Positions 17,743 to 26,716 are shown, numbered from the stretch's first letter. The stretch is 64,000 nt of DNA from Candidatus Bathyarchaeia archaeon (GCA_038883775.1 JAVZLM010000001.1:161241-225240), one strand, 5' to 3'. A program made the numbers and translations. The notes: generated by a model from the sequence alone, not told the origin.

Positions 17743-18819
17743 ATGTTGAATAAAAAATTAGTGATCGCGTTGATTCTGATGACGTTTATATGGTTAATAC
17801 ATTTATCGCTGTTGAATCAAGTGAAAGCCCAAACGTCGACAATTTCAATAATTAACCCAGGCCCAGCAAGTAAACCTGCAAAATGGACTGCTGCACCACC
17901 GCCTCCTGGAGAAATAGGTGGACCAAGCTTTACTTTTTACGCCCCTCAAACAGCTTTGGAGTCGACTTTCTTCATAAACTTAACCATTGAAAATGCTGTT
18001 AACATTAGAAGTTGGGGCATAGGTCTAGTCTATGAAAACGCGTCAATCGCTTATGTTTCGGCATGGAGACCTACAGATCACATATTTGCCCCCGCAGAAA
18101 GTGGCGGTGCAACCCCAATTGTTCCATCAGTTACCTTAGAAGGTATTAACACAACACATACAATCCTAAAATGGGGCTATGCGTACCTTTGGAAGGATGA
18201 GGAAGGAAATCCGATAAGATGGGGATTTAATGGGTCAGGCGTATTATGCCAAATACAATTCAAATTGGTTAAAGCGGTAGATTCCGGCCAATGGACAACT
18301 GTTTTAGCATTGGATCCGGAGTGGACGCAAGTTTATCCTTTTGACATGCCCCCAGAAACTCCAAATGTAGAACCCGGCTATGTCACTTACATTTATGATG
18401 ATACTCCTCCACTAATTCAGAACGTCACACAAACTCCTCCGGCAAATAATGTTCAACCAAATGAACCTGTAATTGTTTCAGCAAACGTCACAGATGATAA
18501 TGGAGTAAAAAGTGTAATATTAAATTACACAATCGACAATGGCGAAACTTGGACATCCGTAGCTATGACATATAATGAAGATTCAGGTTTGTATGAAGGA
18601 ACGATCCCGGGACAAGCTGCGGGAACAAACGTAAAATATCAAATACATGCTGAAGATAACGCTGGAAACATAGCCACAAACGACAATGAAGGAGAGTATT
18701 TCCCCTACATCGTTATTCCAGAGTTAACTATTGCAGCAATAGTTTTACTATTGACATTCGTGTCTCTGTTCATCATAATCGCTGCAAAACGCAATAAAAG
18801 ACCAGTGATAAGAGCATAA
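17743..18819 (+). CDS. Cell-surface protein: cohesin-like domain + Ig-like domain + PEF-CTERM-like anchor
   Basis: Signal peptide ending VKA; STFFINLTIENAVNIRSWGIGLVYEN...GSGVLCQIQFKLV; DDTPP...DNAGN Ig-like; IPEL + TM + KRNKR; start moved to ATG 17743 (ORF from 17716). Confidence 0.72.
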   Translation: MLNKKLVIALILMTFIWLIHLSLLNQVKAQTSTISIINPGPASKPAKWTAAPPPPGEIGGPSFTFYAPQTALESTFFINLTIENAVNIRSWGIGLVYENASIAYVSAWRPTDHIFAPAESGGATPIVPSVTLEGINTTHTILKWGYAYLWKDEEGNPIRWGFNGSGVLCQIQFKLVKAVDSGQWTTVLALDPEWTQVYPFDMPPETPNVEPGYVTYIYDDTPPLIQNVTQTPPANNVQPNEPVIVSANVTDDNGVKSVILNYTIDNGETWTSVAMTYNEDSGLYEGTIPGQAAGTNVKYQIHAEDNAGNIATNDNEGEYFPYIVIPELTIAAIVLLLTFVSLFIIIAAKRNKRPVIRA

Positions 18820-18875
18820 ACATACTCATTTTTCCATTTTTAATTTTTATCGATACATTTTTAAGAGATTTTATA

Positions 18876-19286
18876 ATGCAATTAAACAGTATGAAAAGAA
18901 AATTCTCCGGCGGAAAAGTAAATCTTGCTTTACTTACCGATAGTATAGTGAATTTTTTTGTGGCAAAGGATTTCGAAGTAATACGAGGCGAATCTAAAAA
19001 GGGTTTTCAAATCTTCGCTTACGACTCGTCACAAGTTAAGCTTGGTAGTCCTGTCAGCGTAACCATTGAAGGTGAAAAAGATGATTTTGAAGTTAATTTT
19101 GAGCTTTCTGATAAACCAAATAAACGCTCTTGGTTTCCATCGTATTTCTTAACGATAATGTTGGGAGGTGGCTACTTTCTTGTGAAAAAGTTTAGATCTG
19201 ATGAAGCTTTCTTAAAACTTGAAAAAGAGTTTTGGACGTATATTTATGGTATAATTGCGGATCTTGAATATTTGAAAGAAGAATGA
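18876..19286 (+). CDS. Small hypothetical protein with one hydrophobic segment
   Basis: 136-aa ORF filling the gap, co-oriented with cohesin-like genes. Confidence 0.6.
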   Translation: MQLNSMKRKFSGGKVNLALLTDSIVNFFVAKDFEVIRGESKKGFQIFAYDSSQVKLGSPVSVTIEGEKDDFEVNFELSDKPNKRSWFPSYFLTIMLGGGYFLVKKFRSDEAFLKLEKEFWTYIYGIIADLEYLKEE

Positions 19287-19372
19287 TCTTTGATTTTGTT
19301 TACTACTGCTTCTACAACCGCTTTTCATAAGCGAAATTTAGATGGTGTACTCTGAATGCTTTAGGCGAAGGC

Positions 19373-20665
19373 TCATAGAAACTTTATGTAGGCTGGTAAG
19401 TCTAGAAAGCCATGTCCAGTCACATTAAACGCTATAACCTTCTTTTTATTTTCCCTCTTACATTTAATTGCCTCGTCTATTGCACCTCTAATGGAGTAGG
19501 CCGCCTCCACAGCTGGCAAGAAGCCCTCGGTGCTCACAAAAATTTTTGCAGCTTCAAATATAGCCTTCTCGTCAACTGGATAAGCAACCGCATCAATTAG
19601 GCCGTTATGCCTAAGTAAACTTACAACTGGAGAAGTGCATGTCTCTCGGAGGCCTTCAGCGTAAATTTCTGGCATCTCAAACGTGTGGCCAAGCGTGTAC
19701 ATTTTAAATAATGGTGGCAGTTCAGAGTATGTTTGATAGTCATATTTGTACTCGCCCTTAATTAAAGTTGGAGAAGCCATAGATTGAACAGCTATAAATT
19801 TACATGTTAATTTCCCTTTAAGCACCTCTCTCATAAAAGGGAAAATAAAACCGGGCAAGTTACTCCCTGCTCCGCAACAGCTCACCATAACATTTGGTTT
19901 TTCGTCAATCAACTCAAACTGTTTCATTGTTTCAAGTCCTATTATAGTGTCGTGCAATATGACATGATTAAAAAAGCTCCCAACAACTCGAGCATAACCA
20001 TGTTCAATAGAATATTCAGTCGCTTCGGCAGTCGCAATAGAATCAGATCCCATATGGTTCGGCTTCTCCTTCAAAAGCATCTTACCAAGCTCGGTAAGGT
20101 TGCTTGGAGAAGGCACTACGGCGGCTCCGTACATTTTCATAAGAGCTCTTCGTTCTTTTTTCCACTTGTATGCCTTACGAACCCAAAAAATCTTGGCTTT
20201 TAATCCAGTCATGGCCGCTGCATATGCAACAGCTGTTCCCCATTGACCAGCGCCCGTCGCTGTACAAAGTCCTTTTGCTCCTTCTTTAGCAGCATAGTAA
20301 GCTTGCGGAAGCGCTGTGCATAGTTTAAAGCTTCCGGTAGGGTTTAAGTCTTCTCTTTTGTAATACATATGCGCGGGTGTTTTCAAAAATCTCTCCAGTC
20401 CAAACGCTCGGCACAGCGCTGTAGGTCTTCCAGCACCTATGTACAGATCTATTACTTCCTCCGGGATTGGAATGTACCTTTCATTTGAGTGCTCTTGTGC
20501 CATACATGCTTTTATGCGAGTTTTGTAAATTTTGTCCATTTTTTCTTTTAGCGGTTCGGGGACTATTTCTGGAGGTAAGGGTTCTGGTAAATCTGGCAAA
20601 ATGTTGTACCAATACTTAGGTATTTCTTCGATAGTCAATTGGATCTGCTTTGGTTCTGTCATCAT
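19373..20665 (-). CDS. TrpB2-like PLP-dependent enzyme (divergent active site)
   Basis: IPKYWYNILPDLPEPLPP N-terminus, TGAGQWG, PSPS, KMYTLGH, GHG typical of TrpB2; but GSFK and TATG replace GSHK and TETG. Confidence 0.85.
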   Translation of the reverse strand: MMTEPKQIQLTIEEIPKYWYNILPDLPEPLPPEIVPEPLKEKMDKIYKTRIKACMAQEHSNERYIPIPEEVIDLYIGAGRPTALCRAFGLERFLKTPAHMYYKREDLNPTGSFKLCTALPQAYYAAKEGAKGLCTATGAGQWGTAVAYAAAMTGLKAKIFWVRKAYKWKKERRALMKMYGAAVVPSPSNLTELGKMLLKEKPNHMGSDSIATAEATEYSIEHGYARVVGSFFNHVILHDTIIGLETMKQFELIDEKPNVMVSCCGAGSNLPGFIFPFMREVLKGKLTCKFIAVQSMASPTLIKGEYKYDYQTYSELPPLFKMYTLGHTFEMPEIYAEGLRETCTSPVVSLLRHNGLIDAVAYPVDEKAIFEAAKIFVSTEGFLPAVEAAYSIRGAIDEAIKCKRENKKKVIAFNVTGHGFLDLPAYIKFL

Positions 20666-20671
20666 CTTCGC

Positions 20672-21796
20672 CTAAGTTAAGAATCGTTTTGCGGTTTCCA
20701 AGTATATGTCAGTTAGTTTCTTAAGACTTTCTATCTCAACATATTCATTGGCAATATGTGAATTTCCGCCTCTAGGACCAAATATTATGTAATCTATATT
20801 AGCTATCGTTACGAAGTAGTTTTCATCAGCGGTTTCTAATATTTTAGTTTTCAAGTCTATTCCATATTCTCTGCATACCTGTTCCAAACACTGTATTATC
20901 GGTGTCTTTTCCGTGTTCAGCACATAAGGCTCTTGCCAAGGGGTGGGTCTTTCAGCTAGTTTAACCCTTACATCTGCTTTAATATTGATGCTTTTAAGAA
21001 ATTTTTTAAACTCCTGAAGGCTCCCGTCGACAGTTTCATCTATGCTCAAGTTTCGGTTAATCCATATTTTACACTTGTCCGGTACTATGTCCGTCTCAAC
21101 GTTTCCGCCTTCCACTTTCAATGTCATTAATGTGCCTTTTATGGGCATTCTATTAAGCAAAGTGATTATTTTTGCGGCTTCGTCTAACGCATTTACAGCA
21201 TTTTCCGGTATTAAAAAATGAGAGCTTTTTCCAACAACCTCAATTTCATAAACCACCCTGGAGCATGCTCCAATGATTGTTTCTTCCATGTTTCCTTCAA
21301 AATCTGGACATAAACCGGCGTTAATCCCACTAAGGAGACCGCTTTTGCAAAGCGCATAACTTCCTCTTGAGTATCGTTCTTCCTCACTAACAGCTGCGAA
21401 AACCAATTTTCCCTTTAAATTCATCTCAGCAAGTTTATTAAAAATCACCATATTTACTGCTAATCCGCCTTTCATATCAAAAGCGCCTCTGCCATACAAC
21501 CGGCCGTTTTCAATGACGGCGTTGAAAGGGTCCTTTGTCCATCCTAAATGAACGTCTGCTACGTCCGTATGTCCTTCCAACATTAGGCCTCGTCCATCTT
21601 CAGAATACTCATGAACTGCGATCACATCAGGACCGCAGTTTGGGACTTCAACCATTTTAACGTTAAAACCTTTTTCTTTTAACCAGTCTGCTATGAAGTT
21701 AGCGATTTGGTGTTCCCTTTGGCTTGGGCTTTGTATGGAGATAAGCTTCTTAGTTAACCCGATGACTTCCTCATAAATGTTCATACTCGTCCTCAT
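20672..21796 (-). CDS. M20 family (ArgE/DapE-like) deacylase/peptidase
   Basis: GHTDV, LYGRGAFDMKGG, SEEE, GKSSH, SHIANEYV. Confidence 0.88.
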   Translation of the reverse strand: MRTSMNIYEEVIGLTKKLISIQSPSQREHQIANFIADWLKEKGFNVKMVEVPNCGPDVIAVHEYSEDGRGLMLEGHTDVADVHLGWTKDPFNAVIENGRLYGRGAFDMKGGLAVNMVIFNKLAEMNLKGKLVFAAVSEEERYSRGSYALCKSGLLSGINAGLCPDFEGNMEETIIGACSRVVYEIEVVGKSSHFLIPENAVNALDEAAKIITLLNRMPIKGTLMTLKVEGGNVETDIVPDKCKIWINRNLSIDETVDGSLQEFKKFLKSINIKADVRVKLAERPTPWQEPYVLNTEKTPIIQCLEQVCREYGIDLKTKILETADENYFVTIANIDYIIFGPRGGNSHIANEYVEIESLKKLTDIYLETAKRFLT

Positions 21797-21918
21797 AATA
21801 GAAATTTCTTTGTAGCTTTTAAAATTTCAACTAAGAGCAGTTTAATATTTACGATGCATTAAATCTTTAAATACAAAAGATGCGATTACTTTTAGTTCTA
21901 AAATTAAGAGGCTAGATT

Positions 21919-22833
21919 ATGATTAAAACAAATAAAGACAAACTACTTATAACTGAAATTTTAGGCGAGATAACTCATCCTGCGCTTGCTATGGAAATGG
22001 CGTATACGACAACATGGAATGGGAAATCCAAACTTGGCATTGGCATGGGCAGCATCAAATACAATGTGAAGATTGGAGACCCATGTTTTGGATGGGCTGA
22101 GGGAGAAAACGTTGAGCCAGGAGTCGCTGTTGACTCCATACAAAAGGAACCAGGTCAATCAATTATGGAAGAAAACGCATTTAGGATACTAGCCTGTATA
22201 GGGAATGAGGCTGTTGTGGTTTCAGGAGATGCAAAAGGCGCTAAAGGCGTAGTTGTTGGAAAACACGGTTATATTCCTCGCGGTGAGGGACTGAGGGGAG
22301 GCCACCATGTCTTAATATCATTTGAGGATTCAGACTTAGAAAAACTGGTGATAGGGGACAAAGTCCTAGTAAAAAGTCGTGGTGTAGGGCTGGAAATCGA
22401 AGGTTTCCAAAACGTGAAAGTTCTTAACATCGACCCTGAACTTTTGGAACGTATAGTAGAAATAGAAGATGGAAAACTCGTGGTACCAGTAGTTATGGAG
22501 GTTCCAGCATACATTATGGGTCAAGGTTCTGGGGGCATGCCCGCTGAGACAAGTAGTTATGAAATTCAAACATCATCTCCAGTTGACGTAGAAGAGCTTG
22601 GTTTAAAGAGACTAAGACTAGGAGATATTGTAGCATGTAAAGATATCCTAACGGCTTGGGGGCGTGGCTACTATAAGGGAGCAGTAACGATAGGTGTAGT
22701 TTCATGCGGTTCAAGCGACTTGGCAGGTCATGGAATAGGGCTTACAAGCATTCTTACGTGTAAAGAAAAAAGAATTATGCACAAGCTTGATCCTAAAGCA
22801 AACATTGGCTACTGTCTTGGAATTTTAAAATAG
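21919..22833 (+). CDS. DUF4438 (TM1086-like) protein, paralog 1
   Basis: MIKTNKDKL, YNVKIGDP, CIGNEAVVVSGDAKGAKG, LRLGDIVA, GHG.G recognised as this family. Confidence 0.75.
   Translation: MIKTNKDKLLITEILGEITHPALAMEMAYTTTWNGKSKLGIGMGSIKYNVKIGDPCFGWAEGENVEPGVAVDSIQKEPGQSIMEENAFRILACIGNEAVVVSGDAKGAKGVVVGKHGYIPRGEGLRGGHHVLISFEDSDLEKLVIGDKVLVKSRGVGLEIEGFQNVKVLNIDPELLERIVEIEDGKLVVPVVMEVPAYIMGQGSGGMPAETSSYEIQTSSPVDVEELGLKRLRLGDIVACKDILTAWGRGYYKGAVTIGVVSCGSSDLAGHGIGLTSILTCKEKRIMHKLDPKANIGYCLGILK
22195..22247 (+). repeat. 53-bp exact repeat shared by the DUF4438 paralogs, copy 1
   Basis: tgtatagggaatgaggctgttgtggtttcaggagatgcaaaaggcgctaaagg; copy 2 at 23106-23158. Confidence 0.95.
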
Positions 22834-22850
22834 GAGGTTGTTAAGATAAA

Positions 22851-23726
22851 ATGATCGAAACAAACAAAGATAAACTGCTTAAGATTGCCGCTTTAGGAGA
22901 AATCATCAATCCTTGGGTTATGAGCTACGCTTCTACGTGGGATGGAAAAACGAAGATGGTAATAGGCATGGGCGGGATCAATTATAACATAAAAATAGGT
23001 GACCCATGTTACGGCTGGGCCAGTGGAGATCACGTAGAACCAGGTGTTATCATTCAAGGAAAAGAGAAACGTCAACCATCTGCCTGTGCGTTGGCAAACC
23101 TTGCATGTATAGGGAATGAGGCTGTTGTGGTTTCAGGAGATGCAAAAGGCGCTAAAGGAATGTATATTGGTAGACACGCGGGGGCCGATTGTATTTGCTG
23201 GTTCAAAGATGAAGACATTCAAAAACTTGTTATTGGAGACAAGGTTCAAGTCAAAACGTGGGGTGTGGGCTTAAAAATCAAAGGCTTCGAAGATGTTAAA
23301 ACAAACAAGCTATCGCCTTCGCTTCTAGAGAAGATGAATATAGCAATCAAGGACGACAAGCTTGAAGTGCCGGTGGTCATGGAGATTCCAGGATACCTCA
23401 TGGGCTCTGGTATAGGATTTGCGCCCATAACTGAACCAATTGACTACGACATCCAAACAACATGTCCTGAAGTGGTTGAAGAATTGGGACTTAAAAAACT
23501 GCGCCTCGGCGATGTTGTAGCCTTAAAAGATCAAGCCTGTGTCTATGGTCGCGGGCATCATCGAGGAGCTCTCACAATAGGCGTGATAATCCATGGTTTC
23601 AGTGACCTAAGCGGTCATGGTCCTGGAGTAAACCCCATCTTAAGCTCTCTTAACGGCAAAATAACGACCCGTTTAGATCCAAACGCAAACATAGCGCTAT
23701 ACTTAGGATTAAGAGAAAGACTGTAG
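22851..23726 (+). CDS. DUF4438 (TM1086-like) protein, paralog 2
   Basis: Same motifs as upstream paralog; GGAGG RBS at about 22833. Confidence 0.75.
   Translation: MIETNKDKLLKIAALGEIINPWVMSYASTWDGKTKMVIGMGGINYNIKIGDPCYGWASGDHVEPGVIIQGKEKRQPSACALANLACIGNEAVVVSGDAKGAKGMYIGRHAGADCICWFKDEDIQKLVIGDKVQVKTWGVGLKIKGFEDVKTNKLSPSLLEKMNIAIKDDKLEVPVVMEIPGYLMGSGIGFAPITEPIDYDIQTTCPEVVEELGLKKLRLGDVVALKDQACVYGRGHHRGALTIGVIIHGFSDLSGHGPGVNPILSSLNGKITTRLDPNANIALYLGLRERL
23106..23158 (+). repeat. 53-bp exact repeat, copy 2
   Basis: Identical to 22195-22247. Confidence 0.95.
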
Positions 23727-23784
23727 GATGAAAAGCTTAGAAGAGCGGATAGAACCCAGGAAAACGCAAAATTTGACTACGATT

Positions 23785-24351
23785 TTAAGGTTTAATTGTT
23801 GGAATTGTTTTGTTAAGCTCCTTGAACTTTTTGATGGCGTAATTCACGATTTTCTTTGCTTCTTCAGCGTTTCTCCATTCCTTAAACCTAACCCATTTGT
23901 GCGGTTCTAATCGCTTATAGGTTTCAAAGAATTCTTGTATTTCCACAAGTTTATGCTTGTGCACATCCGTAATATCCTTATAGCCCTCAAATCTTGCGTC
24001 GTTAACGAGCACGGACAAGATTTTTGGGTCTTCTCCTTCTTCGTCTTCCACTATTAAGGCTCCTATGACTCTAACCTTAACTATACAGCCAACCTCAAGC
24101 GGTTCATAACTTAGCACCATTATGTCAAGGGGGTCATTATCGTCAAACCATGTTTGTGGAACAAATCCATAATCAACTGGAAAAACTACGGATGATGGTA
24201 TGATGCGGTCTAAAACAAAGGATTCCCACTCAAGATTATACTCATACTTGTCCCTCGAACCCATTATGACTTCAACAACCATGTTGAGCAGTTCTGGAGG
24301 CTTATCGCCTGAGGGGATGTCTTTCCAAATGTTCATGGGCATAGCCTTCAA
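23785..24351 (-). CDS. ppa: Family I inorganic pyrophosphatase
   Basis: KYEY, LDR, YGFVPQT, DNDPLD, EDPKI, FFETYK. Confidence 0.95.
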   Translation of the reverse strand: MKAMPMNIWKDIPSGDKPPELLNMVVEVIMGSRDKYEYNLEWESFVLDRIIPSSVVFPVDYGFVPQTWFDDNDPLDIMVLSYEPLEVGCIVKVRVIGALIVEDEEGEDPKILSVLVNDARFEGYKDITDVHKHKLVEIQEFFETYKRLEPHKWVRFKEWRNAEEAKKIVNYAIKKFKELNKTIPTIKP

Positions 24352-24384
24352 GCTAAATAGCGAACTTGCCTAATTTAGTTTTCC

Positions 24385-25296
24385 TCACTCCTCGCGCAAT
24401 GTACGCTTTTTGCCCTTATACTCCATTTCGCCATATTTTGCATAAAGCTCCTTCCTCAAAGCCTCAAGCATCTCAATCTTTCTCCCACAAAATTCTGCTG
24501 CCGTAACAACTTTCACCCCACGCTTTTCAGCAACTTCATAAACTGGCTTTATCCTCAATCTATAGTTTAAGTCTCGTAGAAAATGGTGGTCCAAAACCAA
24601 AGTATGAAGGTTTGTCTCTTTTATGGCTTTAACCAAGTTAGCGTTTGAAATTTCTAGACTTTTGAAGGAATAGCGGAAGCCAAGCATGTATGTCATTGGT
24701 CCATCAACGAAAAGGGTGTCTGGCTTTTCGTCAAGAATGAAGCCTATTTGATCCTCCAGCGAAAGACCTTCAACATCAGACGTGTAAAGAAATTTTTCGT
24801 TGTTACTTTTTATGCTTACTTCTGTCACGTATCCGAGGCGTGGATTTGTTCCGTGGCAAACAGCCTTTGAAAAACTTAAATGCGTTTTGCCAAGTTGGAA
24901 GTTTTTTGCGTCGGCAATTTCGAGTTTTTTTGGCATTCTTTTTATAGCTTCTAAGAAAAAGGCCGCCCTTTCTTTTTGGCTTAGGTTTATGTTTTCTGTT
25001 GGGTGTTTTATAAAGACGGTTTTCGCCTTATAAAGTTCTGGAGTGTCTGGGTCATGATGATCATAGTGGTAATGTGTAACAATTAAAACATCGGCATTCT
25101 CCGCATACTGCTTAATGACTTCCCAAGTTTCATCAAGCCTCTGCCACTCTAAAGGATGCGGTTCTAATCCATAACGGATGGGCGCCAAAGCAACTCCAGG
25201 GTCTATTAAAATTTTTAAGTCGTCTGTTTCTATGAAAGTTGCCATTGAACGAACACCAAAACTGTCAAAGGCTAAAGGAACAATTTTCTGAATCAA
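24385..25296 (-). CDS. UPF0282 metallo-beta-lactamase-fold hydrolase
   Basis: DSFGVRSMAT, IDPGVAL, THYHYDHH, LDHHFLRD. Confidence 0.85.
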   Translation of the reverse strand: MIQKIVPLAFDSFGVRSMATFIETDDLKILIDPGVALAPIRYGLEPHPLEWQRLDETWEVIKQYAENADVLIVTHYHYDHHDPDTPELYKAKTVFIKHPTENINLSQKERAAFFLEAIKRMPKKLEIADAKNFQLGKTHLSFSKAVCHGTNPRLGYVTEVSIKSNNEKFLYTSDVEGLSLEDQIGFILDEKPDTLFVDGPMTYMLGFRYSFKSLEISNANLVKAIKETNLHTLVLDHHFLRDLNYRLRIKPVYEVAEKRGVKVVTAAEFCGRKIEMLEALRKELYAKYGEMEYKGKKRTLREE

Positions 25297-25383
25297 TGTG
25301 CTCCTTTCCAGCAGATTTTTGCTTTACGAAAAATTTATATGTTTGTCAGCCTCTTAAGGCTTACTTAGGGAAGTTCAGTTGCA

Positions 25384-25845
25384 ATGAGCTTAACCACGGG
25401 TTATCTTACTTCTAAACAAAAATTGATTTGGGATTTGAAAAGTAAGGGGTTATCCGAAGCAAGCATTGCTAGAAAACTCGAAGTTACCCGCCAAACTGTT
25501 CATAAGGCTTTGGACATTGCAATTTCCAAAATCCATGCAGCCCTTGAAGAAGCAGCCACAATAAATAAAATTAGGATCAAAACAATGGATCCGACTCAGG
25601 GAATATTGGTTGGTTATAGCCCAGATTTCAAAACAGATGCGATAATTACGTTCTCAGCAAAAAACGGTGTTCAAGTATGGTACAAACATGAAGGAGACTG
25701 CAGGAATTGTGATCAACTTCAAACTTGCAGAAAAATGTTGCTGGTAGAGGCAGAAGAGCGCAATATGCAGCTGGCAGAAAACGCAAACTCAATGATGCCC
25801 TCTAAATTGGCTGAAATTCTATTCTCAAAAATTATAGGTGAATGA
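25384..25845 (+). CDS. HTH transcription regulator (sigma70-region-4-like HTH) with C-terminal CxxC-x5-C
   Basis: LTSKQKLIW..GLSEASIARKLEVTRQTVHKAL; GVQVWYKHEGDCRNCDQLQTC. Confidence 0.75.
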   Translation: MSLTTGYLTSKQKLIWDLKSKGLSEASIARKLEVTRQTVHKALDIAISKIHAALEEAATINKIRIKTMDPTQGILVGYSPDFKTDAIITFSAKNGVQVWYKHEGDCRNCDQLQTCRKMLLVEAEERNMQLAENANSMMPSKLAEILFSKIIGE

Positions 25846-26669
25846 AAATGGGCATCCGTCAAAAGTTATGGAATTGGTGTCCAAAACCCAAAAAGCCAGT
25901 TTTAGCAAGTTTCACTAGATTAGCCGCACCGATAATATACATTTCATTCCTGATCGGAGGCTTGTTATTTACCGCATGCGCTGCCATGGCTTTTTTGCCA
26001 TCAATATTCTTTTCAAATTTTGACGAAAGTGAATGGAGTCCAAGAGAGATAGAAAGGATAAGTTTCTTAGGCGGTGACATAATAGTACGCGAAATGCGCT
26101 ATAATCCACAAGAAAAAGGCTATATATCCATCCACATAGAAGCCTATATAACCTCTGAAGAAAACCTCATGGCTTATGTAAATTCAAGAACAAATGCTCT
26201 GAATGCACTCTTAGAAACCATTAACGCCGAGTCTTTAATCGAAGCTTTTATAACTTTTAAAAATCCCATAAACCCTGAAAACTTAACGAGTTTATGCGAA
26301 ACCTCATTAGTAAAGCTTGGCGAATACGCAATTATTGTAACAGATAAAAAGGCTGGCACTAAATGTGCTGGTGTTCTTTGGTTTCCTAGACCTCAAGATT
26401 CAGATTTCATTCAAAATCTAACCCTAATTAGAGAAGGCTATATGTTAGAAGGAATTATTGCGATTGAATGTTACATAAAAGCTGAAACGATAAGAATCCT
26501 ACAATCCGACTCAAGAACCCTCCTAATAGATCCAATAGAAGATCCGATGATAAGTGAAATCAAAGAGAAGTATAAGTCAATGGGCTTCAGCGTTCAGGTG
26601 GAAAGACCCTTTTCGCAAGAAATGTGGAGGCAATATGCAACATTCAAATATGATGCTACTGATTTTTAA
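25842..26669 (+). CDS. Single-pass membrane protein with N-terminal WCP motif (DUF1673-like)
   Basis: IRQKLWNWCPKP, then one TM helix and an ectodomain; ATGA overlap with regulator. Confidence 0.65.
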   Translation: MKMGIRQKLWNWCPKPKKPVLASFTRLAAPIIYISFLIGGLLFTACAAMAFLPSIFFSNFDESEWSPREIERISFLGGDIIVREMRYNPQEKGYISIHIEAYITSEENLMAYVNSRTNALNALLETINAESLIEAFITFKNPINPENLTSLCETSLVKLGEYAIIVTDKKAGTKCAGVLWFPRPQDSDFIQNLTLIREGYMLEGIIAIECYIKAETIRILQSDSRTLLIDPIEDPMISEIKEKYKSMGFSVQVERPFSQEMWRQYATFKYDATDF

Positions 26670-26716
26670 ACGTAATTTAAATGGCTTCTAATCCATTTAC
26701 TAAAAGCGTAAAACCA

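Noticed and set aside
21801-21828. GAAATTT...AAATTTC dyad in the M20/DUF4438 divergent promoter
   Set aside because: AT-rich and single-copy, so it cannot be distinguished from chance.
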